A program made the position numbers and the translations under genes. Positions 40,653 through 48,485 of a DNA stretch of 64,000 nucleotides are shown one piece after another. Position 1 is the first letter of the stretch; each line of letters starts with the position of its first letter. This stretch comes from a virus (Duplodnaviria > Caudoviricetes): the IMG/VR virus record IMGVR_UViG_3300028920_000023; one strand, written 5' to 3'. A model generated the notes under the pieces. The model did no database searches and was not told the DNA's origin. It saw nothing but the letters and a program-made list of their open reading frames with translations.

Positions 40653-42197
40653 CTAGATATCCTCCAACTGAGGCAAAGCGATCCTCGCCAGACCCTCGAT
40701 AGCCTCTTCCAAATTCGTAACAAGAAGAGACTTCAAAACCCGCATGCCAATCCCCTCAGGTTTAGACAACGGAACAGCCTCAACCTCCGGAGCCAAAGTC
40801 CTGAGCGCACCAGCCTTCTCCGCAGCCACCACAGGGGAGACCTGAACCACCGGAGTATTAATCCCCATCTCACGAACAATCTTCAGAACTTCAGAAAATC
40901 TACCCGCAGGAGCATTCTCGTAACCATCAGACAACACATAAACAATCTCAGGATCATACTTCAAAAGAGACACCAAAGCAGACGCCAAAGAGGTCGGACC
41001 ACAGGGAAAAACCAAACCGCCCCTAGGGGCACCACCACAATGGACCACATCAGCAGAAGAACTAGCCTCTTTTAACATATCCCTTACAGCCAAAGAAACA
41101 GCAATCGGACGATTCTTCTGAGTATCATCACCCATCATGGACCTAGAACAATCCACAATAATACCTATGTGACCATGTTTGGAGAACATCGCCTCAGCAG
41201 ATTTCTTTGCTTTCTGCTTTAATGCTGCACGGATCTCGTCTGTCATCCCCATCTCATAAGCGTAGATATAAAGCCTTACGGCATCCAGAGAATGAGGATT
41301 AAACTCGACTTTCACACCAACTTTCTTTGTAGCCTTCTGGACAAGGGCCTTCTGTCGTTTGGTCATCCCACTCTTTGCTAACTCATAAACCACATCCTTG
41401 CCGACGCTAGTATGGAACCTACTTCTTAAGTAAAAGAGTTGCTCTTTGGGCAATCCTTTCCCTTCGGCAAGGTTCTTCTTGGCTTTGATATACTTCTTCA
41501 TAGGATCGGATTTGATCCTGTTCTCAAATCCGAGTATGAAGGCCAGAGGCTCCGTGACGTCGGCGTCTGTATATGGCTCTACGTATTTGGACAGGGTTGT
41601 TTTTTGTTTTTCTGTCCATGCTTTCTTGACGCCTTTTCCGTGTTTCGCTTCCAGGCATTTATACACGGATTTAAAGACGTTCTGGCCCCAGGCATGTTGT
41701 AGGCATTGTCTTATTTTGTAGCGGTATTTGACGCTCCAGTGTTTGAGATTTTTGTTACCTAATAGGCAATTTAGAATGAGTTTCCTAGTTCTAGAATTGT
41801 TGATTCTGTTTTTTCTGAATTCCAGGAACGCTTTGATCATTCTCTGCGGTTCTACGGAACCTGCGAGATGTCTTATTAGTTTGCCTTCTTGCGCCGGAGT
41901 TAGGATTGCTTCCCCACTTCTTGGATTATCAAGGAAGAAACCCATTCCGAGCTGTTTCGAGTAGTCGTTTATCCCAGGCAAGCAGAGACACAGACCGTAA
42001 ATCCCACGGTCGATTGAGAAGATGTCTTTGTGCAGTTGTAATATTGCTTGTTTTTGTTCTTCTCTTGTATTGTAATGTGTTGCTCTGTCCGTTGCTGCAG
42101 CTACGGTATCAAGGAAACTACCCAGGAGCCCTGGCAGTTTTCGTTTCTGCGCTGTACTTAGATGGTCTATTTTGGATATCGCTAGTTCTGTGGTCAT
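40653..42197 (-). CDS. Ro60/TROVE-like protein: ~370-aa helical domain plus C-terminal vWA domain
   Basis: Start 42197 (MTTELAIS); vWA MIDAS IIVDCSRSM ... GPTSLA ... VLSDGYEN; basic helical N-domain. vWA is well supported; TROVE homology is inferred from architecture and flanking RNAs. Confidence 0.6.
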   Translation of the reverse strand: MTTELAISKIDHLSTAQKRKLPGLLGSFLDTVAAATDRATHYNTREEQKQAILQLHKDIFSIDRGIYGLCLCLPGINDYSKQLGMGFFLDNPRSGEAILTPAQEGKLIRHLAGSVEPQRMIKAFLEFRKNRINNSRTRKLILNCLLGNKNLKHWSVKYRYKIRQCLQHAWGQNVFKSVYKCLEAKHGKGVKKAWTEKQKTTLSKYVEPYTDADVTEPLAFILGFENRIKSDPMKKYIKAKKNLAEGKGLPKEQLFYLRSRFHTSVGKDVVYELAKSGMTKRQKALVQKATKKVGVKVEFNPHSLDAVRLYIYAYEMGMTDEIRAALKQKAKKSAEAMFSKHGHIGIIVDCSRSMMGDDTQKNRPIAVSLAVRDMLKEASSSADVVHCGGAPRGGLVFPCGPTSLASALVSLLKYDPEIVYVLSDGYENAPAGRFSEVLKIVREMGINTPVVQVSPVVAAEKAGALRTLAPEVEAVPLSKPEGIGMRVLKSLLVTNLEEAIEGLARIALPQLEDI

Positions 42198-42254
42198 GAT
42201 CTCGCCCTTTCCAGTGATGAGGCTGTTTATCAGCTTCGTCCTGGTAGTTAAAGT

Positions 42255-42283
42255 AGATGCGGACCTGATTGGGGTCCGCATCT
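42255..42283. other. 11-bp hairpin between RNA pair and vWA gene
   Basis: AGATGCGGACC-tgattgg-GGTCCGCATCT. Confidence 0.7.
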
Positions 42284-42291
42284 GATTTAGT

Positions 42292-42404
42292 GGGGGATTT
42301 GCGCAGGGTCAGTTTTCGTCAGAGAGGGAATTGAACCCTCAACTTCGCTTTATAAGAGCGATGTCCTATCCATTGGACTATCTGTAATGACGTGCAGTTC
42401 CCCC
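42292..42404 (-). ncRNA. Y-like RNA containing tRNA-Ile(UAU) body with broken acceptor stem
   Basis: Closing stem GGGGGA-ACU-GCA-C-GUCA / UGAC-CC-UGC-GCAAA-UCCCCC; D arm GUCC/GGAC, anticodon arm UCGCU-CUUAUAA-AGCGA, T arm GAGGG-UUCAAUU-CCCUC; only 4 acceptor bp, no CCA. Confidence 0.85.
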
Positions 42405-42431
42405 GAACTTGCTTTTTTGTTTTGGGATTAG

Positions 42432-42547
42432 TTTGGGGTTGGCGCAAAGTCGTGTTTAAGTGGAGCAGGACTTGAACCTGCGACTTATCGGTTATCAGCC
42501 GATCGCTCTACCATTGAGCTATCCTGTAACGACGTGCAGTCCCCAAA
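42432..42547 (-). ncRNA. Y-like RNA containing tRNA-Ile(GAU) body with broken acceptor stem
   Basis: Closing stem UUUGGGG-ACU-GCA-C-GUCGU / ACGAC-UU-UGC-GCCAA-CCCCAAA; D arm GCUC/GAGC, anticodon arm AUCGG-CUGAUAA-CCGAU, T arm GCAGG-UUCAAGU-CCUGC; only 3 contiguous acceptor bp, no CCA. Confidence 0.85.
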
Positions 42548-42579
42548 GATCATTTTTCGGTCAGTGCCAAACCAGAAAC

Positions 42580-42608
42580 ATTGTATCACATCCAAACCGC
42601 TTTGTCAA
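42580..42608 (-). promoter_or_regulatory. Sigma70 promoter TTGACA-17-TACAAT with extended -10 TG
   Basis: Direct match; predicted TSS about 42573, roughly 26-30 nt before the first RNA; the -35 box contains the upstream gene's TGA stop. Confidence 0.8.
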
Positions 42609-42997
42609 GTACCCACTGCCATCTTCTTTGTCGTCTTCTTCTTATAAGAACGACGACCCCGTTTCTGCATCTCCTCGCTCTCATATAGAGAACGGGCCAT
42701 ATTTAAAAATTGTCTAGTAACCATCCTAAGAACATTCTCGAACTCTCTAGAATTCAAAGCACAATTATGATAACAAGTATAGGTAACTATCTTCACAACA
42801 ACTGTACCAGGCATAGAAGAATCATTCACAATACCACTAGCTATAATCTCAGCATGAGTCTTATCATAAGTCTCACCACCAAAATAAGGATAATCAAAAA
42901 ACACACCGTCCTCATCCGTATCCCTAATCAACCCATAGAAAATCGCAAACTTCTTCATTTCCGATGGTCTAGACAAGAAATTCAAAGGTGCTTCCAT
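42605..42997 (-). CDS. Hypothetical protein
   Basis: Start set at 42997 (GGGAG RBS just after dut stop); basic C-terminus. Confidence 0.6.
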   Translation of the reverse strand: MEAPLNFLSRPSEMKKFAIFYGLIRDTDEDGVFFDYPYFGGETYDKTHAEIIASGIVNDSSMPGTVVVKIVTYTCYHNCALNSREFENVLRMVTRQFLNMARSLYESEEMQKRGRRSYKKKTTKKMAVGT

Positions 42998-43007
42998 GAT
43001 GCTCTCC

Positions 43008-43964
43008 CTATTTTCCCGATGAACCAAAACCCGCGACACCCCGCTGATTATAATCGGGGCCAAACTCACACACCTCAACAATATCAACATTACAATAACG
43101 CTGTATAATGACCTGAGCTATACGATCATGAAAATTGACCTTATAAGGCTTATCCGAAATATTCATAAGAGCAATCATAAGCTCGCCACAATATGTGCTA
43201 TCAATAATACCGTGAAACGGCGTAACCCCCTGGACCCACATAGAAGACCTACCCTCAACAGTAATATAATAACCCTCAGGACAGGAAAGAATAACCCCAG
43301 TATGGATATTCTTAGTACCATGGGGTTCAATTACAACCTCCTCGATAGAATAAACATCATATCCCGCATCCGTAGTCCTCTTACGAGTAGGAACTTTAGC
43401 CTCATCGGATATGGGTTTGCATTCTAAACGAACTGGTGTAAGGTTGTCTTTGAGGTATTCAGTAGAGGATGGAGTGGTGAGGTAGATGTTTCTTGGATTT
43501 ACTTCTAGTTCTGGCTTTATTCTATTTATTGTAATATTATTTGGATCCAGGTATTTTCTAGTATTGTAGCTTCTTCCTCCTTGTAAGTGCCATTGGTATA
43601 ACATATCTTCTGATGTTATTGTTGGCAAATTATGTATTAATAGGTAATTTTCGAATCGTTGTAAGAGATCTTCTGAACATTTTTTGCAACATGCTCCCAA
43701 TCCGTCGTATCTTTCCGGCATTATTATAAACTGGTCTGTTGTCCTATAAATTTTGCACATGTTACACCATTTGACCCTGGATATGCCGTCTGTCTTGTGT
43801 GTAGGGCACCTGTGCAGTTGTCCTATTCTTTTGTATTCTCTCTCAAACTCTTCATCGCAATTTCTACAACGCACTTTGATTTTGTCGTTGGGTTTCGGTA
43901 TTTTGTCTACAATGTGGTTTATTGGTTCAACTGTTCCGACTCTTTCGTTCATCTTCATCTCCAC
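43008..43964 (-). CDS. dut: dUTPase with N-terminal Cys-rich / degenerate HNH-like extension
   Basis: C-terminal AGYDV, GRSS, GIIDSTYCGE, DRIAQ, RGVAGFGSSG trimeric dUTPase motifs; N-terminal CxxC clusters. Confidence 0.9.
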   Translation of the reverse strand: MEMKMNERVGTVEPINHIVDKIPKPNDKIKVRCRNCDEEFEREYKRIGQLHRCPTHKTDGISRVKWCNMCKIYRTTDQFIIMPERYDGLGACCKKCSEDLLQRFENYLLIHNLPTITSEDMLYQWHLQGGRSYNTRKYLDPNNITINRIKPELEVNPRNIYLTTPSSTEYLKDNLTPVRLECKPISDEAKVPTRKRTTDAGYDVYSIEEVVIEPHGTKNIHTGVILSCPEGYYITVEGRSSMWVQGVTPFHGIIDSTYCGELMIALMNISDKPYKVNFHDRIAQVIIQRYCNVDIVEVCEFGPDYNQRGVAGFGSSGK

Positions 43965-44001
43965 AACTTTATCTCATGTAATAACGAGATATTATAGAAT
44001 T

Positions 44002-44589
44002 ATGGTTAAAGAACTGTTAGAATCGCATGAGAGATTCTCCAAAGAATTTGGTAAGGGTTTCCTTTCTCTTATCAAGTTCAGATTCTATCTCGAGTCCTTC
44101 GAAACCGGTAAGCTGCGTTCTATCATACACGAAAATTATGGTAAGTGGCCCCACACATCGAGCAGAAAAATATTAACAAGTAGTATAGGTAGAATTGCTC
44201 AAAAGAAGTTTTATAAGGAGATATATGGAGAAGAACCCAACGGGAATATAGAGAAGGAAGATAAAAAGATCATATGTGCATTGGCTCTGAAAGATGAACC
44301 TGTGCAGCCAAAGAAACCAAAACCAAAGCCAATAAAACAAAAGAAATCAGAAAAACCAAAGAAACCAAACAGGCCAAAGAAACCGACAACGGTATTCTGC
44401 CATAAAGTACGTAATATGAGCGCTGATGAAATAGCACAATGGGCTAAAGAGTTGGGTGCTACTGATAAGGAAATATCGTATCGTAGTCCGAATAAGGGTC
44501 TGACTAAGATGAGGTTATTATCTTTAGTCAGGAAATATTTACCCAAAGAGGCGTTAATGGATTTGGATAAGTTTATACCCCAAAACTAG
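44002..44589 (+). CDS. Hypothetical basic protein
   Basis: Start moved to ATG 44002 (track extension overlaps dut antisense); Lys/Pro-rich linker. Confidence 0.55.
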   Translation: MVKELLESHERFSKEFGKGFLSLIKFRFYLESFETGKLRSIIHENYGKWPHTSSRKILTSSIGRIAQKKFYKEIYGEEPNGNIEKEDKKIICALALKDEPVQPKKPKPKPIKQKKSEKPKKPNRPKKPTTVFCHKVRNMSADEIAQWAKELGATDKEISYRSPNKGLTKMRLLSLVRKYLPKEALMDLDKFIPQN

Positions 44590-45556
44590 AGCCAATAGGA
44601 GAATTAACAATTTCGGGATTATATTCTATTGGCTCTTCTGGTTCGGGAGGAACATACTCCCTTGGCCTTTCAGGCTCTTCTTTTGTTCTTTCGCCAGCCA
44701 CAGTCTTCGCGACTAGAACCACAAACTCTGCGAAGTCCATGTTCTCTTCTTCATCCATCTCGGGTGTTTCCGAGACTAAATTTTTGGCTTTATCACCAAG
44801 GCTTGATATAGCTTCCTTGACTCGTCCACCAGCTTTACTTAGGGAACGTTTGAAGCTACTGAGGTCGTAGCCTTTATCCTGTAGGCCATAACGGTCCATT
44901 AGCTCGTTTATTTGGTCATCACTGAGCCCTAGATCGGACATTACTTCCGACATTCTAGCTTCGGTAATGGTCAGAGTATCTTTATAGAGTTTATTTTCTT
45001 GTACTCGTCTGCGGTATGTTCCTAGGACTATGGCTTTAATTCGTTCGCCTTGACCGGTGACGTCGTCTACTAGTTTCCAGAATTTCTCATCGTCGTAGAT
45101 GGGTTGTTGGGTTCTTTGTGCGTACCGTAGGATGGCCCCGAGCTTGGGTTCTTCGTCTATTGCTTTGGATACTAGTTCGTGTTCTTGGCGGTCGTCTACT
45201 TTGAGTAGGGACCGGAGCTTTTTCATTACGAAGTCGCCCATGTCTGAGAATACGTTCTCTTCGATGAGGTCCCGGACGACGCTTTCTAGAACGGTGATTT
45301 TTACTTTTCTTCCGAATGCTTTTCCGGTTTTGGTTTCACTTGGTTTTGCTTCGCTTATCCATTTTTGGAAAGCTGCTTTGCCATGTTCTGTTTGACCTAT
45401 TTCTCCGCCCATGAGCATGCGTATTTCTCTGGCGAATGGGTCTGGATCTATGCCTTGTTTTGCTGCCATCATCTGGAGGTAGGCTAGACCTTCTTGTTGG
45501 GAGAGGTCTTCGGTTAGGCAGATTCTACTTGAGGCATGCAGGTTGCTGAGTTTCAT
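44573..45556 (-). CDS. Hypothetical acidic protein, possible internal head protein
   Basis: 327 aa, AGGAG RBS, MKLSNLH N-terminus, Glu-rich. Confidence 0.65.
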   Translation of the reverse strand: MKLSNLHASSRICLTEDLSQQEGLAYLQMMAAKQGIDPDPFAREIRMLMGGEIGQTEHGKAAFQKWISEAKPSETKTGKAFGRKVKITVLESVVRDLIEENVFSDMGDFVMKKLRSLLKVDDRQEHELVSKAIDEEPKLGAILRYAQRTQQPIYDDEKFWKLVDDVTGQGERIKAIVLGTYRRRVQENKLYKDTLTITEARMSEVMSDLGLSDDQINELMDRYGLQDKGYDLSSFKRSLSKAGGRVKEAISSLGDKAKNLVSETPEMDEEENMDFAEFVVLVAKTVAGERTKEEPERPREYVPPEPEEPIEYNPEIVNSPIGSSFGV

Positions 45557-45627
45557 TGATATCTCCTATTACTCCTGAATATTTTTGATTGCACTCAAAA
45601 ATATTGTACAAAATGGGAGGATTGGAA

Positions 45628-45897
45628 ATGGCGTACACTTTGATTGATACGATTCAGGTTAAAAACATTAGTACTCAGGTGCTTCCGATCAATATCAAAA
45701 AGCAGGTTGGAAGTAGTATTCAGAGTGCTCATGGTACGATACAACTAAGCGCTGGAGCTTCGATTGAAGCAGAGGATAATCGGTTTGATATTTCCCAGCT
45801 CCGATCTCTTCGCAGCAAGAAGCTAATTACCTCCGATAGTTTCCGTAGACGGGTCGATGTCCCTGATTCCTCGGGCACAGATGTGACTAGCTCATAG
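45628..45897 (+). CDS. Small putative virion protein
   Basis: GGGAGG RBS before ATG 45628. Confidence 0.6.
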   Translation: MAYTLIDTIQVKNISTQVLPINIKKQVGSSIQSAHGTIQLSAGASIEAEDNRFDISQLRSLRSKKLITSDSFRRRVDVPDSSGTDVTSS

Positions 45898-46596
45898 GTA
45901 TTCTGAGTAATTTTGGGCTGTTTTTTCTAGGTTGATGTCGTCTTCGGCACTGGCTGTCACTCTTATGGTGGCGTCAGTGCCGAAATATATCGAGACTTTT
46001 TTGAAGTTTTTCATTGTGGCTTCTAGTCCGGTTACTCCTGTTTCTCCTTGGTTTTCTATGGCTTCTCTGCTTCCGCCGTAGTCCGTGGTGTCTATGGAGG
46101 CGTTTCTTATTTCTCCGAGGTTGATTGATACTTTCCTCACTTTGAGTTTTTTGATGTCTGATATTTCTTGTTTTTCTTCTAGTTTGGTTAGTATTCCCAT
46201 TAGGTCTACGTCGATGTCTGTGAGCTTGTAGTAGTCGGTGTATTGGAAGTCGGCTGGGTTTTCTTGGGCTTCTCTTCCTCCTAGCCTGAGTGCTAGGGCG
46301 TCTAGGAGGTAGGTTATTTCTGAAATTTCTACTTTTGTTCCTTGGACGTAGAGCCGGTTGTTTATTATTTTGAATTTGACTGCTCTTATTGAGTTTATTT
46401 CGTTTGTTGTTACGTCCCATAGTTCGGGGTCGAAGTTTTTGACTTTGATAATTCTGAGGTATGTTAGGAAGTACCAGTCGTCTTTCTTCCGCAGAACTCC
46501 TGGTTTGCTTTCTGGGGATGTGGATACGAATTCGTTCATGGCCTGTTTTAGGTCATCGCTGATCCATAGGTCTCTTACTGTTAGTCCGAATTTCAT
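45892..46596 (-). CDS. Hypothetical protein
   Basis: 234-aa ORF. Confidence 0.65.
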   Translation of the reverse strand: MKFGLTVRDLWISDDLKQAMNEFVSTSPESKPGVLRKKDDWYFLTYLRIIKVKNFDPELWDVTTNEINSIRAVKFKIINNRLYVQGTKVEISEITYLLDALALRLGGREAQENPADFQYTDYYKLTDIDVDLMGILTKLEEKQEISDIKKLKVRKVSINLGEIRNASIDTTDYGGSREAIENQGETGVTGLEATMKNFKKVSIYFGTDATIRVTASAEDDINLEKTAQNYSEYL

Positions 46597-46623
46597 GATT
46601 TGGCCTCAGGTTAGAACACAGTA

Positions 46624-47268
46624 TTATCGTCGCTTTATAACGCATGAAATATGTAGGCGGCTGGACCTTGTCCGACCGTCTTCGATTATAGGGGATTCCC
46701 ATTCATAGAAATAACATCCAGAGCATATACTACAGACCTCATCGGCTTCTTCTGTTGTCATGTAAATACTTGCTATCTTATTTCCAGTTTGTAATTTTCT
46801 TAATAAATCATAAGTATTGTGTTGTTTATGACTTTCTATGAAGCTATATTGCAAATCTTCTATAATATAAAATCCGCCAGATTTAACGAAAGGAAATAAG
46901 AACCCGAAACTTATTTGCTGTTGTTGATTCTCATGCCCACCATCGTCAATAATTACATCGAAATCAGATCCAATTTTATTTATTAAATCAGATAATGCTT
47001 TACGGTTTGACTGATTTGCCTCATGGGTTCGTATTCTATCACCAAAATTTGGCATTTTATAAATATCTAGGCCGTGTATAACGGAGTTACAAAAATAATC
47101 TCTCCACATTTTCAGAGATTTACCTTCGAGAATTCCTATCTCCAAAATTTTCTTAACAGATTCCTTAATTCTACACAGATGTTGATTATAAAATGGTGTG
47201 TAATTATGAATCTTCGGCCCTTTATCTGTGCCGTATTTATCTGCCAATACAGACAATTGATCAAACAT
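46624..47268 (-). CDS. Class I SAM-dependent (sugar O-)methyltransferase
   Basis: YGTDKG..HNY, ILEIGI, IIDDGGH, GGFYIIEDL. Confidence 0.8.
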   Translation of the reverse strand: MFDQLSVLADKYGTDKGPKIHNYTPFYNQHLCRIKESVKKILEIGILEGKSLKMWRDYFCNSVIHGLDIYKMPNFGDRIRTHEANQSNRKALSDLINKIGSDFDVIIDDGGHENQQQQISFGFLFPFVKSGGFYIIEDLQYSFIESHKQHNTYDLLRKLQTGNKIASIYMTTEEADEVCSICSGCYFYEWESPIIEDGRTRSSRLHISCVIKRR

Positions 47269-47656
47269 CGTCTTCCTCCGATAAAGGCCCAGATGGCTTC
47301 ATTCTTATAGAATCTTCAGGATTATCTGGGGTTGATACTTCTACAAACACTGCTCTGTTTTTTGTCGCCCAGAACCTATGCGGCTGATTTTTTTGTATTG
47401 TTATGCTATCACCTACATTAACTTTAGAACCGAAGATCTTTCTCATCGAAATCGGATTATCCCAAATCTGTAATTCCAAAACGCCCTCAATGACATAGAA
47501 AGTCTCAGTTTTAATTGCATGATAATGCATACTGCATGCGTTGCCATTTGGCTCTACGGTCAATACTTTCCCAGTATACCCAGATTGCCCGTCTACAAAT
47601 GAAGCTATAATTTTCTCGTTGCCCCACAATTTATCAATTACCTTACATTCGTTCAT
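47261..47656 (-). CDS. Cupin (sugar isomerase-like)
   Basis: KLWGNE, SMHYHAIKTETFYVIEG, HRF, EVST. Confidence 0.8.
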   Translation of the reverse strand: MNECKVIDKLWGNEKIIASFVDGQSGYTGKVLTVEPNGNACSMHYHAIKTETFYVIEGVLELQIWDNPISMRKIFGSKVNVGDSITIQKNQPHRFWATKNRAVFVEVSTPDNPEDSIRMKPSGPLSEEDDV

Positions 47657-47657
47657 A

Positions 47658-48485
47658 TTAGCTCCTCTTTAAATCATTTTCAAGAGTCTTTAACCCAACA
47701 GCCGGGTCATACTTACTCATGGAATATAGATGTTTAAGATATTTTGGCATCTTATTCTTGTCAAATGTCCCGAATCTATAATTGTTATCTATTTCCTTAT
47801 CCAACCTATGTTTCTTGATTTCTCCAGCTAACATTTCCTGACAGATTCTTCTTGCATTTTCATAATTTTGGCACCCTGGATATAATTTAGCGTGATTTAT
47901 ATGCTTTTGGCAAATATGATAGGGAAAACACCAACCAACATGGTATATCCTGATATTTGACGATAGTACAGGATTAATATTCCCCGAAAAATTAAAACCA
48001 TCCTGTATACTTTGGGCACCATTGGCTGGTATAATTCTTATGGCTCTATCGTAAGTTGGGTTAATAATAAATTGAAGGAACCCATTTCTGAAATGTATAA
48101 ATTTAAAGGATACCGATCTAGATTCGGAGTTAATAGACTTTTTCAATTCTTTTTCATCATTCTCATGATAAACTTCGTCTGCTTGCACATAAAATAATTT
48201 TCTAGAGCCGTTAAGAACGGGATGCCGTACCGCATTATTTGTAGCTACAGCTATGGCATTTCCTAATGCTGATTTATCTGGCCATCCAATTTTTACCAGT
48301 AAAAATTTGGTGTTTATATTACAAAGAGATTCCAACGATTCGGCTGTACCATCATCACTTCCGCAATCAAATATCACAAATTTATCGCAGCAAGTATGCA
48401 TACTTGCTATGGATTCTACAAATGGGTATCCGAGCTTTATTCCGTTTTTTATTACCATGAATCCTGTGTTCATGTTCTTCTCCAT
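47658..48485 (-). CDS. GT2-like glycosyltransferase
   Basis: YPFVESI, DCGSDDGT, YVQADEV, IYHVGW. Confidence 0.75.
   Translation of the reverse strand: MEKNMNTGFMVIKNGIKLGYPFVESIASMHTCCDKFVIFDCGSDDGTAESLESLCNINTKFLLVKIGWPDKSALGNAIAVATNNAVRHPVLNGSRKLFYVQADEVYHENDEKELKKSINSESRSVSFKFIHFRNGFLQFIINPTYDRAIRIIPANGAQSIQDGFNFSGNINPVLSSNIRIYHVGWCFPYHICQKHINHAKLYPGCQNYENARRICQEMLAGEIKKHRLDKEIDNNYRFGTFDKNKMPKYLKHLYSMSKYDPAVGLKTLENDLKRS

Noticed and set aside
42316-42528. Calling the two Ile elements ordinary tRNA genes or decayed pseudo-tRNAs
   Set aside because: Acceptor stems are broken in the same way by a shared linker while all other arms are perfect and the flanks form a covarying stem.
43753-44001. 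N-terminal extension of the 278-aa plus-strand ORF
   Set aside because: Antisense overlap with dut; a better start exists at 44002.
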